NCBI GenBank assembly: GCA_951406725.2
Contig: OX597815.1
Span: 165,292,001 to 165,356,000, forward strand
Source: Octopus vulgaris
Lineage: Eukaryota
DNA: 64,000 bases
Reading direction: 5' to 3'
Under the pieces are notes generated by a model. It was given only the letters and a program-made list of their open reading frames with translations. It had not been told where the DNA came from and searched no databases. Positions 42,050-54,751 of the stretch are shown here, piece by piece. The position numbers and the translations under genes were made by a program. How positions within the stretch are numbered: position 1 is the stretch's first letter; each line of letters starts with the position of its first letter.

Positions 42050-42880
42050 TTCCATAGATGGTGGTCAGAGATAACTTCTGTCGAAAATGCTTTCTTCGAG
42101 CGGCCGCACCATGATGCGTTTCACTATATTGCGCCAAATATTTCTGTCCCTATTTTAGGTTGATCGAGCTGCAATTCTATGTTATTAGTGTCTGCCAAAA
42201 ACATTGATGCAGTCGAGCGGTCTTTCTTCTCAATGGTAGATCAATACAACTGCAGCTTCTCGTTCTTAGAAGAATCATGGAATAGCGCAGAATCTTCAAG
42301 CAAAAGGCATGAATTTCATTTGTAGACTTCTCCAAGGCATTCGACAATGTTTTATCTTTTAATTTTTCAGTCGACTGTGGCCAAACTGGTGCACCGCTCT
42401 ACAGGTTTTAGTTGAACAAATCGATTCAGTTCTTGTTTCTTAAATGATACTTTTGCAATCGGTCTCTCTTGCGAACCGCAAAGTTACCGGGACGTACATG
42501 AACCGACATCAGTTTTCACGCGATGTATAAGGAGACAAACACAAACACAAAAACAAAGACATATACACATGGGTACTGAACTCAAGACCACATGGCTCGA
42601 AAACGAGCTCCCCAATAATACAACCCCGCCCGCACCTATGTCAACAAAGGGGCCATATTACATGTGCCGTTGAACTGAGGTACCACTGATGAGATTGCCA
42701 AAAGCCATCACCGGTCATGTATGAAAACTTACCAAACTTTATGCAAAGCAAAGACGGCCCAACTAAAGAGTTTCCAACTACACCAAGGGTCTTTCAAGGA
42801 GAAACCTTAACCTCTTCTTTTTGCGATTGAGGACGAAAATATTAAATGCAAGCATTTAAGGTAGGAGTCCTTAAACTCTG
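42050..42880 (+). pseudogene. Old non-LTR RT relic interrupted by a family A SINE
   Basis: FVDFSKAFDNV at ~42320 and a V.QG.TL-like motif at ~42790. Confidence 0.55.
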
Positions 42881-43659
42881 CACTACAAGTTAGGTTTATC
42901 TGCACAACGGATTTTTTGAAATATAACTTAACGCTATAGAAAATCCCCTTTAATAATTGAGCCTACGAAGGCTGAATCATTAGCACACTGGGCAAAATGC
43001 TCAACTACATCTCGCCCGTCTTCATGATCCGAGTTCAAATTCCGCCTAGGTTGACTTTGCCTTTTATCCTTAAGGTGATGATAAAATAAGTGCCAGTTGA
43101 ACACTGGTCTTGATGTAATCGAATTACCCCGTCAGCAGAATTTTGCTGACTTCGCGTCAAAATTTGAAATCAATACTTGAGCGCATTGGTGAAAAAATGT
43201 GTTATTTATGATTTTGGTATTCACAAGTATGAATATTACAAAGGAGTATGCTACGATAGTTTACTATACTTCTTTCAAAATATTAAACTTAAAAGATTAA
43301 AAAATAACAACTTGCCTGCGAAGTGAGCCAATAATTTTGTTATTATTGAGTTAGTCAGAATTTTGTTATACACAAAATTATGATTACTAAAATAACGGCA
43401 AGCAATAGTTTTTCTATATTTCTTCTTTAATTTTAAAGTTTTAGTTATTTGTTTATTTTTTTATTTTTTATATTTGAAAAACTTTCCATTCGAAGTGTGC
43501 CAGTAATATCTAATATCCAGCAGTTTACCACAAAATCAAGATTACTTAGAACCACTAGCTTAGGGTACCTCATAATAATTCATCGGTGTGTGTGTGTGTG
43601 TGTGTGTGTGTTTGTATGTGGAACGCGAAAGCAATACTGAAGACTTTGTCATAATATAG

Positions 43660-44240
43660 CTATTTCTTTACTACCCATAAGGGACTAAACACATAGGGGA
43701 CAAACAAACGGATTAAGTCGATTATATCGACCCCAGTGCGTAACTGGTACTTATTTAATCGACCCCGAAAGGATGAAAGGCAAAGTCGACCTCGGCGGAA
43801 TTTGAACTCAGAACGTAGCGGAAGACGAAGTACCTATTTCTTTACTACCCACAAGGGGCTAAACACAGAGAGGACAAACAAGGATTAAGTCGATTATATC
43901 GACCCCAGTGCGTAACTGGTACTTATTTAATCGACCCCAAAAGGATGAAAGGCAAAGTCGACCTCGGTGGAATTTGAACTCAGAACGTAGCGGCAGACGA
44001 AATACCTATTTCTTTACTACCCACAAGGGGCTAAACACAGAGAGGACAAACAAGGACAGACAAACGGATTAAGTGGATTACATCGACCCCAGTGCATAAC
44101 TGCTACTTAATTTATCGACCCCAAAAGGATGAAAGGCAAAGTCGACCTCGGCGGAATTTGAACTCAGAACGTAGCGGCAGACGAAATACCGCTAAGCATC
44201 TCGCCCGGCGTGCTAACGATTCTGTCAAGCTCGCCGCCTT
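43660..44240 (-). repeat. Tandem array of three young family B SINE units (fourth copy at 44400-44630)
   Basis: ~172-bp near-identical units starting tatttctttactaccca. Only the rightmost unit retains the tRNA-like head. Confidence 0.9.
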
Positions 44241-44962
44241 ACTAATATATAATATAGCGTCAGTTGTGGTGACTATCCATCACATACACGTTGTTGTTGT
44301 TTAGAATCAGGTTAATCAACGCTGGTCGAACAAGACCTACAATAATTAACGTTCCAAACTTGATAATCCTATTTTCTTTTAGCTGAGGGCTGAGGATATC
44401 TGTTTCTTTATTACCCACAAGGGGCTAAACATAGAGGGGACAAACAAGGATAGACAAACGGATCAAGTTGATTACATCGACTCCAGTGCGTAACTGGTAC
44501 TTTATTTATCGACCCCCAAAGGATGAAAGGCAAAGTCGACCTCGGCGGAATTTGAACTTAGAACGTAACGGCAGACGATATACGGCTACGCATTTCGCCC
44601 AGCGTGTTAACGATTCTGCCAGCTCGCCGATATCTATGATTATATTACATAATCTGTGGCGTTCCATTTTTTATGATGGTGGAGTGATATTTTTAGCAGG
44701 TCGAATAACCATGTAGAAGCTCACGAATAGGAGAATTTGAACTCAGCGCGGCAGTTCAACGAAACACATTTTAAATCACTGTAACATTACGGTTATACTG
44801 TAACATCACTTACAGTAACACGACTGTTTACAGCGATGACGTCTATCACCCTTTGATAGTTACATGCATACTCACTATGCGATATTTACTGTCATAGACA
44901 GAGTGAAGAGCTAGAGAGCGAGAGAGAGAGGGATAGAGAGTGAAGCAGAGAAACAGAAAGAC

Positions 44963-44993
<31 letters not shown>

Positions 44994-45294
44994 AAGAGAG
45001 AGAAGAGGAAGAACGAGAAAGGTTATAAACTAGCAACAGTTCTGTTACTCGAATGTAAGGATTTATACAATATGTACGTGTGCATGTATGTATGTATGTA
45101 TGTATGTATGTATGTATGTATGTATGTATGTATGTATGTATGTATGCATGCATGTATGTATGTATGTATGTGTGTATGTATCTATGTATGTATGTATATG
45201 TATGTATGTATGTATGTATATGTCTGTGTGTATATATTTATACACACACATATACATACATACATGTACAGTATGTATGTGTACGTATGTATGT

Positions 45295-45328
<34 letters not shown>

Positions 45329-45334
45329 GCATAT

Positions 45335-45742
45335 AGGCGCAGGAGTGGCTGTGTGGTAATAAGTAGCTTGCTTACCAACCACATGTTTCCGGGTTCAGTC
45401 CCACTACGTGGCACCTCGAGTAAATGTCTTCTACTATAGCTTCGGGCTGACCAAAGCCTTGTGAGTGGATTTGGTAGACGGAAACTGAAAGAAGCCTGTC
45501 GTATATATGTATATATTTATGTATGTGTGTCTAAGTTTGTGTGTCCGTGTTTGTCCACCAACATCGCTCGACAACCGATGCTGGTGTGTTTACGTCCTCC
45601 TAACTTAGCGGTTCGGCAAAAAGGCCGATAGAATAAGTACTAGGCTGACAAAGAATAAGTCCTGGGGTCGATTTGCTCGACTAAAGGCGGTGCTCCGGCA
45701 TAGCCGCAGTCAAATGACTGAAATAAGTAAAAGAATAAAAGA
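45335..45742 (+). mobile_element. SINE family A, full length
   Basis: Matches other family A copies. Confidence 0.9.
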
Positions 45743-45762
45743 ATATATATATATATATATAT

Positions 45763-46995
45763 CAAATGAGCCCACAACCTACGAGACCTCTTGGTCCACA
45801 GTTTCTTCCCTAACCCAACCTCCCAACCCGGCTCATTCCGCTGCTCCCGACCACGCTGCTGCACTTGCCCTTACCTCTTCAACACCACCCTCCTCACCGG
45901 CACCCATCATAGACCCTATCGTATCACCGACTCCTTCACTTGCACTTCTACCAATGTCATCCACTGCATCTCCTGCTCTCTCTGCCCTTGTTTATACATC
46001 AGGCAAACGGGACGCCGCTTGGCTGACCGGTTCGCTGAACACTCCCGAGACATCTGATTCGGCAATGACACCCTGGTCTCGCGCCATTTCCGCTCTACCG
46101 GTAAATCTTTGCAGCACCTGTCTGTGTTTGGATTGTCCTTGCACAGGGGCCTTCTGGTCTCCCGTCTTCGCCGTGAACAGGGATTAATCGTCTCTCTTCG
46201 CTCCTTTGATCCACATGGGATCAATTCTCCTTCCCTCTACATCTAACCCCCTCCTCTCTTCATCTAACCCCCTCCCCTCTCCTCTCTCCCCCTCACACCT
46301 ACTTCCTCCTACCCATCTCTCCTCTCTTGCTCCCACTCCTCCCTCGTAACCCTCACTCGTCACCCCTCCCTCGTAACCCCACCCCAACCCTACAGAATCC
46401 AACCTTACCTTCCCTATCCATCCCAATCCACCCCACCCCACACTTACATCCACTCCCACATACCCCACCTCTATCCCCACCCACAGCCTACCCACATACC
46501 CCACCTCTACCCCACTCTCAGCCTACCCACATACCCCCCACGTCTACCTCTACCCTGAGCTTACCCCACACATCACCCTTTCTTTCCCCACTCTCGCCTC
46601 CCCACCTCTCAAAACCATCACCCCACCCCACCCCACACACCACTACACCATACACCACCATACCACACAACACCACATCGCATCACATCACACCACCACG
46701 CACACACTAGCACTAACCACTTCCCAGCTCCACATCCACACAACTATACATACACACATGCACACATCAAGGTCACCAGCCCTCTTCCACACGCACATAA
46801 TACTCTCTTATACACACGCACGCGCACCTTCGTTTTGGGATGACCACTACTTTATTATTTCCCCTTCTTCATAGTTCTCCTGTGTGACCCCTCTGTCCGG
46901 CATTCGCCATGACAGATCGCTAGCCACAACACATTCTTTATTGTTTACACCACCTATCTTCATCTTTTGTTTTTTTTTTGTGAATTCTCCCTACT
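45763..46995 (+). mobile_element. Penelope-like element 3' fragment: Cys-rich linker, GIY-YIG endonuclease, C-rich tail, between (TA)n tracts
   Basis: CSRPRCCTCP..FTCTSTNVIHCISCSLCPCLYIRQTGRRLADRFAEH (ORF 45791-46057), the PLE GIY-YIG pattern, with a premature stop. Confidence 0.85.
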
Positions 46996-46998
46996 TAT

Positions 46999-47078
<80 letters not shown>

Positions 47079-47548
47079 GCATATATAGATACATATATGT
47101 ATATACACATGCATATATGGGTACAGGACGCCGAAAAAACGTAGAACACAATGAGAAACGAAAACATAAAGACAAACCATGGAAACGGACTTTTTTCAAA
47201 CAACGAAAAAACAGAGCAGAAGACATACAACACAAGGAATATTCCCCTTCTTCAGCTGCCCCTGTTTCGGCTACTTCGTGTTTCGAAGGTGAGGGCAAGA
47301 CACGACTTCTTTGAAACAATCATTCCCGCAAAGGAAATTAAATAAAATTTGGCTTTTTTTGGGGGGGGGGGGGTAAAAAGAGGTAACAAGACAGGACAGT
47401 ACAAACAAAACAAGACAGTAAAAATAATACAAATAAAAACAGTAAAAGACAGGACAAGGAGAATAACACAGTAAAAACAAACATATATTTATTTATTATT
47501 TATTATTTTGTTATTATATGATCGAACGCCACGCACCCATTTCCAAGT

Positions 47549-47612
<64 letters not shown>

Positions 47613-48084
47613 GGGCACAGAAAGTGTGTCAATAACTAGCTGGAGAAGATGTTCTCCTGGGGCTACAAGCTACAGTAGCATCCACCCTTAGTGGTAGCCA
47701 CATTTAAGTGACAAATATACTTCACATTATCGTGCAGCTACTGTGTATACCTCGTTCAGAGATTTATTATTGTTTGTTTACACTTTTTTGAGATCAGTGA
47801 CTTTTCGTCACTGGAAAAAGGATATATGTATTTGCAATAGGAACCCCTTCGCGTCGAAGACCAGTGATTGTTGTGCGCTGACGATGGGTAAATACTCAGA
47901 AACCTGGGTCCGGGCGTATCACGTCAGGTCGACGCTGGGAAGGATGGCTTCCCTTTGCAAATACTGATAGTGTACAGAAAGTGTGTCAATAGCCAGCTGG
48001 AGAAGATGTTCTCCTGGGGCTACAAGCTACAGTATCATCCACCCTTAGTGGTTAGCCACATTTAAGTAGTAAATATACTTCACA
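47613..48084 (+). mobile_element. Retrozyme-like / pLTR-like non-coding element: ~357-nt unit plus ~110-nt terminal direct repeat
   Basis: 47617-47726 is repeated at 47974-48084. Hammerhead in the unique part. (TA)n on the left, (CA)n on the right. Confidence 0.75.
47872..47916 (+). ncRNA. Type I hammerhead ribozyme, intact core
   Basis: tgtgcg-CTGACGA-tgggt(aaat)actca-GAAA-cctggg-TC-cgggcg. Stem I is extended by gtgat/atcac. GUC site. Confidence 0.78.
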
Positions 48085-48113
48085 CACGCACACACACACA
48101 CACACACACATAC

Positions 48114-48163
<50 letters not shown>

Positions 48164-48166
48164 GTA

Positions 48167-49013
48167 CTAGCAGAATTGCCCGGCGTTGCTCGGGGCTGAA
48201 TTGCTTGAAAGTACTGTTAATGATTGCACTGAATGATGATGATTATTCTGGCAAATATTGATATAAGTTTACGCTGGGAGATAAGGACTTAACGATCAAA
48301 CGTGTGCCATTGCATTGTTTTGGGGGAACCAAATTTCTGATGAGCATTATAGGGGCACCAGCTTTAAGTTTGAGAATGTGTGGTGGTAGTCCGGGGTGCT
48401 CAAAGGAATTGAGTACCTCTATTGGATAGTTGATGACGTCCTCTGGGTCAGGAGTTGTATCGATAGACTGATATACATAGACTTCCCTAGGAATGAGTTT
48501 TAGCATTTCATCATTAATATGGTGAACAGTTTTATTCCTTGGGGCCAGTATAGCCTTTTTGCCAATCCAATCCATATTCTGATAATTAGCTTGTAGATCT
48601 GGGAACACTGCATCTCTGAGATCAGAAGGCGTCTTAACAATGGTACAAATGGAATCGATGGCAATATTACCATTTTCATTCCCTAGTATTTTGCTTTCGC
48701 CAAGTGCAATGAGGGTGTGAGGAAATGCTGCTGATGTGATATTACGTCGCATATGAGCACGCATATTGGTGTGAAGTTTGAGAGTTACTTCCCTTAATTT
48801 TAAAAGAATGCATTAAAATGGGAAAAAAATGATGGTAAATTATTTGTAAAATCGTAGACTCATCGTAGACGCGCGCTAATACCCAGAAAGGCTCGATATG
48901 AATCACGACTATAAGATACTCGGTTTTGGTTAAACTGCATCGCAAAATGTGGGAGTAGTTAGGAATCTAAATCGGAGTAGACAGACACACAACCTTTCTT
49001 TTATATATAAAGA
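48167..49013 (-). mobile_element. Non-autonomous Helitron with both termini
   Basis: On the minus strand it starts A|TC and ends with the cccgagcaacgccggg hairpin plus CTAG|T. It carries a helicase fragment. Confidence 0.88.
48243..48764 (-). pseudogene. PIF1-like Helitron helicase fragment
   Basis: KAILAPRN..V..IN, YP.E.LNS...G.PPH.LKLK.GAPIMLIRNL....CNGTRL motifs. Confidence 0.92.
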
Positions 49014-49670
49014 TTTTCGTCCTAAAAAACTTTGTATGGAGTGAATGGTTACCTCTATGGAAATATATACACACACATTATACATACATGTGTGTATAGA
49101 TGAATATATAAATACATTTAAATATCTATATACACTTTTGGACGATCTTTCTGCTTCTTAGAGATAACTTTAGATGTTATTTTCGTCCTAAAAAACTTTG
49201 TGCGGAGTGAATGGTTACCTCCATGGAAATATATACACACACGTTATACATACATGTGTATATAGATGAATATATAAATACATTTAAATATCTATATACA
49301 CTTTTGGGCGATCTTTCTGTTTCTTAGAGATAACTTTAGATCTTATATTCGTCCTAAATAACTTCGCATGGAGTGAATGGTTACCTCTATAGAAATATAT
49401 ACACACACATTATACATACATGTGTGTGTCTATATACACTTTGGGGCGACTGCTACTTAGAGATAACTTTAGATGTTATTTTCGTCCTAAAAAACTTTGT
49501 GCGGAGTGAATGGTTACCTCTATGGAAATATATACACACACGTTATACATACATGTGTGCATAGATGAATATATAAATACATTTAAATATCTATATACAC
49601 TTTTGGGCGATCTTTCTGCTTCTTAGAGATAACTTTAGATGTTATATTCGTCCTAAATAACTTTGTATGA
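49014..49670. repeat. ~166-bp minisatellite, ~4 units (one with a ~34-bp deletion)
   Basis: The unit ttttcgtcctaaaaaactttg...gataactttagatgtta recurs at about 49014, 49180, 49347, 49479 and 49645. Confidence 0.92.
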
Positions 49671-49936
49671 ATTGAAATCCTAAAAGAAAGGAATTTGTTT
49701 ACATACATGTGTAAAATGGCAAATGTTTGTGCAGTTGTCTGATGGAACTGATGTATTATAATGAATAGTCCTTCTTCTTGTGAATATTAATTTGATTAAT
49801 ATGAACTGAAAACCAGTGGTGTAGCATAGGTGATCTTCTAGCAAAAAGGATGACCAGTCTGAATGGGTCATCCCTGTCACACACACACACACACGCACCC
49901 TCACACACACGCACACACACACACACACACACAGAG

Positions 49937-49985
<49 letters not shown>

Positions 49986-50577
49986 CACACACACACGTTA
50001 GCTTACAATGTCTGTCAACAATTGACACTGTCGTATATATTAGCGTGTCAATGTGTGTAAAGAGGAAGTGGGAGTAATAGGCAGAGTAAAGGCTTCAAAG
50101 TGAAATGTTAAAATATTGAGTTTTCTCGAATTTTGTCTTAATTGGGGGTGAAATTGAAAGAAATCTTGTATGGCATGACCCAATGGAATTTCTTTGAAAA
50201 ATCATAGGTAAAGTCTAATTGAAGAAATTGTGTGAGGAATAAATCGTTATGTATTTATTTGTTTCTGTTTGCTGTTTTTTTTTGAGTAGTGTTGTAAGGT
50301 AGACTTGCAAAGAGAAAGTCGTTTATTCGTTGCACACTGTGTGTGTGCGTTTGCGTGTGCTGTAAACCAGACTAAGAAAAGCATTTGACATACACACCAG
50401 AATGTGAGTTTTCTGTAAATTTTGCTTAATTGGAGTTTAAATTTTAAAAACTAGAACTGGCATGACCCGATGCATTCTACTCTTAAAAATGCTAGGTAAA
50501 TTGTAATTGAAGAAATCCTATATTGTAGATTTCTATAAGTGACAAAGGGAGGCAGATAAAATCTGCCTTTTATAATA

Positions 50578-50580
<3 letters not shown>
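49014..50580 (-). mobile_element. Probable second non-autonomous Helitron-like element containing the minisatellite
   Basis: The minus-strand start A|TCTTATTATAAAAG resembles the neighbour's A|TCTTTATATATAAAAG. Subterminal hairpin ggcagat-aaa-atctgcc. The left boundary is uncertain. Confidence 0.5.
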
Positions 50581-50612
<32 letters not shown>

Positions 50613-50746
50613 TATATGGCTACAGGACCTCACCAACTGTAAACAACATGAAGTACGAAAACAAGCGAGTTAAATACGCAAACAACGAGAGAATAAATTG
50701 AAACTGGACAAGTAACATAAAGAACGACCCTTCATCAGTTGCCAGC

Positions 50747-50806
50747 TGTCTATCTACACTTCATTTCGAGTATTCGATAATGCTCGAAATGAGGAGTAGA
50801 TAGACA
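50747..50806. repeat. Fold-back inverted repeat of a hammerhead 3' half
   Basis: tgtctatctac..tcatttcgag.att(cgat)aat.ctcgaaatga..gtagatagaca. Confidence 0.75.
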
Positions 50807-50894
50807 TATATATGCATATGTTTTTGTGTGTGTATGCATATATATATTATTTATATTATTATTTAATTGATCGCCACGCATACATTTCGAAGTA

Positions 50895-50939
<45 letters not shown>

Positions 50940-51000
50940 CCTCTGGCGGACGAGAGCCTTATGAGTGGATTTGGTAGATGGAAACTGAAAGAAGCTCGTC

Positions 51001-51079
<79 letters not shown>

Positions 51080-51891
51080 TGTGTGTGTGTAAAATAATTA
51101 ACGAATGCATGCATTACATAAATTATATTTTCAGGATTAAATAAAAAGAGAACAAACGGAAAATATGATCTACCTATATATATAATTAAAAAAATCTGTA
51201 GTAAATAAACAAACGAACATATACTAAATACACAGACGGAAAGAAAACACAGAAGGTCACCGATTCTTCATCAGTTATCGGCCAGACGGTCAAACGCAAT
51301 TTCGGCCATTATCGATAACATTGCTTTCACTCTGGAAGCGCCGACAAGAAACTTGCCGGGAATTAGACCTAAACATAACAAAACGGGTTCGTGAGGAGAC
51401 TGTTAGTGGACGGACAAGGGACAGAACAATAAACAGAATAAAGGCTTAGGGCCACAGGAAGACAACAATTCACAATGATAATGCATATATATAACAAAAA
51501 GCTTTGGGGTAGTAAGACAAGACAAAAATGGGTACCAAGAAGGAGAAATGAAAACTGTTCTAAAGGACTATACACGGGAGGGGTAGAGCGAGGTACATGT
51601 TTTTTTAATTATATATATAGGTCTGTCATATTTTCCGTTTGTTGTCTTTTTATTTAATCCCGATAAATCAAATATTTGTATTTGTGTGTCTGTGTTTGAA
51701 CCCCCCACCCCCACCATCACTTGACAACCGATGTTGGTGTGCTTACGCTGTAACTTAGCAGTTCGGCAAAAGAGACCGATAGAATGAGTACTCGGCTTAC
51801 AAAGAATAAGTCCTGGGGTCGATTTCTTCGACCAAAGGCGATGTTCCAGCATGGCCGCAGTCAAATGACTGAAACAAGTAAAAGAATAAAA

Positions 51892-51953
<62 letters not shown>

Positions 51954-53047
51954 GTATGTATGTATGTATGTATGTATATGATGGTACTCTCACTTAGTCC
52001 GAGAAAGACGGTTCTACAGTTTTTTGTTGAATGAGCAGCTCAAATGATTTGTTTATAGTGATCGAATCGTTTTTACTGCTCATTTGCTCACTCACTCCAT
52101 CAAATCGACGTTGCATGTACAGGTGCACGGTATACTACACATCAAATGTCAAAGTGATCGCGGAGCAACGTGAGATGAAGTGTTTTGCTCAAAAACACAA
52201 ACGCACCACCCGGCCCAGGAATTGAAACCGCAATCTCACGATAGTGAGTGCAGCACCCTAACCACTAGGCCATGCGTTCTCGACACACACACACACACAT
52301 GTGCGCGCGCGCACGCATGCAGTCCCCTCCCCCACACAGTCACATATCCTAATGAAGCCTAGCCATTGAAACTGATATGACATTAGATAAGAGCCGATAC
52401 TGTTTTTCGATGTTTTTGTTTTCGTTAATCCACGAACAAATTTAATCAAATAATATATGAAAAAACAAACTCATAGTTAATAATCTTATCTATCTTCATC
52501 AAATTTAAGAGATAATCAGTGAATATTTTCAGCAGAATTAATTATCTTCAGAGGGAAAAAGAAAAAAAGTAATTGTGATCAAAATAAACGGCGTTTATCA
52601 CAATTTGCCAGCTAGTGGAAATTAGATTGACGGCTGCTCTGTCATGCGCAGTTACACAGTTTAAATAGAAAGAAATTACATCAACTATTGCTAATGCAAC
52701 TAAGGTTGTTTATAATCTTAAAAGTCATGCACAGAAGTAAAAGATAAACCGGGTTTAAATTAGAAAAATAAGATTAATTTGTGATTTGAACCTGAAGAAT
52801 TGTTTGAGAATCTTCTGCTTCAGGAACGGTAAATTCTGTTAAGATGAAAGTGGAAAAAAAAATTGGTGCGCAAAAAAATGCTGTCTTACTGAATATCAGA
52901 AGGAACGATAAGAAGTTTTTTTCTTTTATCTTACTTTTATTTTGATTTAAATAAAATATAACTTCGACACCTGAACAACTGCTATCTATATTTACACATA
53001 AAATTAATAGACACTCCATCTTCATTTGCACAAACGCACATATACTC

Positions 53048-53095
<48 letters not shown>

Positions 53096-54055
53096 TGGTA
53101 AAAATGGTAAGATAACAAAAGAAAGAAAGAGACCTCAATATTATGTAAATGGAATTTATCTGTAAATGTAATATGTGACATTTAATCGGTAGCCAAGATA
53201 AAACTCTGAGTATATATATATATTCAATATACGCAATTGCAACAACATTGAATTATAAACGACACCTGTGTATCCTTTTTTACCATACAGTATGTATTTC
53301 GGAGCGAGGCGGATATCGTCCCAGCAGCGATGCTTCACAGAATTTCAGATACGTTTCCTGGGATTTGGTAATGACGAATATTCTATAGTCACATGCCTAA
53401 ACGAAATCTGTCGCTTCCAATAGATAACAAACGGGGAATAATACATTCACTGATACTGCAGAAAGCTTGCCGGCCTAAAATAAACTATGTGTATGAAATT
53501 GGAATGGAATTAAATTATAAAAAAACATCTGTGGATCATACTTAAAGTATATACGCCACTGACTGGAATGATGCTGAATATTGTCTCAGACAAAAATCTC
53601 TTCTTAAAGTTAAAAACATATTCCTTGATGCTATAATCCATAACATATTAAACCTATATATTTCAGCTAAAGAATGCATCTAGAAATAAACTTAACTAAA
53701 ATTAACTGGGCAATTGTAAATAAGTATCATATTATGCAACTTCACACAGTAATTTGATAATTAAATTTCAAGAATACATTTTTGATGCAAATCGGTTTCT
53801 TCCAATTTGATAAAGTCCGTGATAGTAGTAGTTATATTTAGAGAATTACTGTGCCTATTAGAATAGGGCATTTAGTTTCTGATTAAATTTCAGTAAAGAT
53901 TGAAACCGGTTCTCCTATCTCTTTTTTCTGTTTACAGGTGTATAAAAAGATTCTATAAGAAGAGAGTTGTTTACATCTGTTCCGTGTACTGAAGTGTAAT
54001 TTTCACCTCCACCACTTCCCATGTACTGGGAAAATTATAAATTTATTCTGTAGAT

Positions 54056-54245
54056 GAGTGCTCTGCAACCAGCATGCCGCGGCACACTGGTGTGTCACGA
54101 GACGATGCTAGGTGTGCCGCAGTGTAACTTGAATATAATTTTATCCCCCTATACTTTTAGTTATATTTTTTAGCTCCTGTGTGCCACCGAATTTTGAAAA
54201 GAATATAAGTGTACCGTAAGTTTAAAAAAAAGTTGCAGAGCACTG
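54056..54245. mobile_element. hAT (Charlie-like) MITE
   Basis: TIRs (g)agtgctctgcaac / gttgcagagcactg. 8-bp flanks ctgtagat / ctgcagac. Confidence 0.78.
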
Positions 54246-54711
54246 CTGCAGACCATTAGGAGATGATCATTTCAAAGTGGGCTGCCAACAGAGCTGAATA
54301 TGCTTTGCTGAAGAAATCTCATCTGTTTAAAACATATCTTGCTTTTAGCAGTTGGTTTTAGTCATAAATTAATAAAAAATAATAATAAATAAATAAGATA
54401 AAATAGAATTAAAAAAAATCGAAACAGAAAGAGTTGATTAGCTGGAGTTATCTCTCTCGGTTTTTGTTTATGGATCTAAAGTATCTCCGATGGTGTTTTT
54501 GCATACTGATTGCGTGGATAATATCAGTTAACCGAAAATTTTCAATGGCATATACGAGACACTAATTATTATTATATGTGTTACTTTTCTTTTAGTAGTT
54601 TTACAATTAGTATCAAATGATCACATGAAACAAAAACGATACGATGAATATATTCTTGTTTCGCAATGAAATTGGAAAACCCGAAATATATTTTTATGGA
54701 AACACATACAT

Positions 54712-54751
<40 letters not shown>

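Noticed and set aside
41966-42700. Isolated CTGATGAG motifs at ~41966 and ~42686
   Set aside because: No stem II, GAAA, or stem I complementarity follows.
49014-49670. Regularly spaced repeats resembling a CRISPR array
   Set aside because: Whole units repeat with no unique spacers, no cas genes are present, and the context is eukaryotic.
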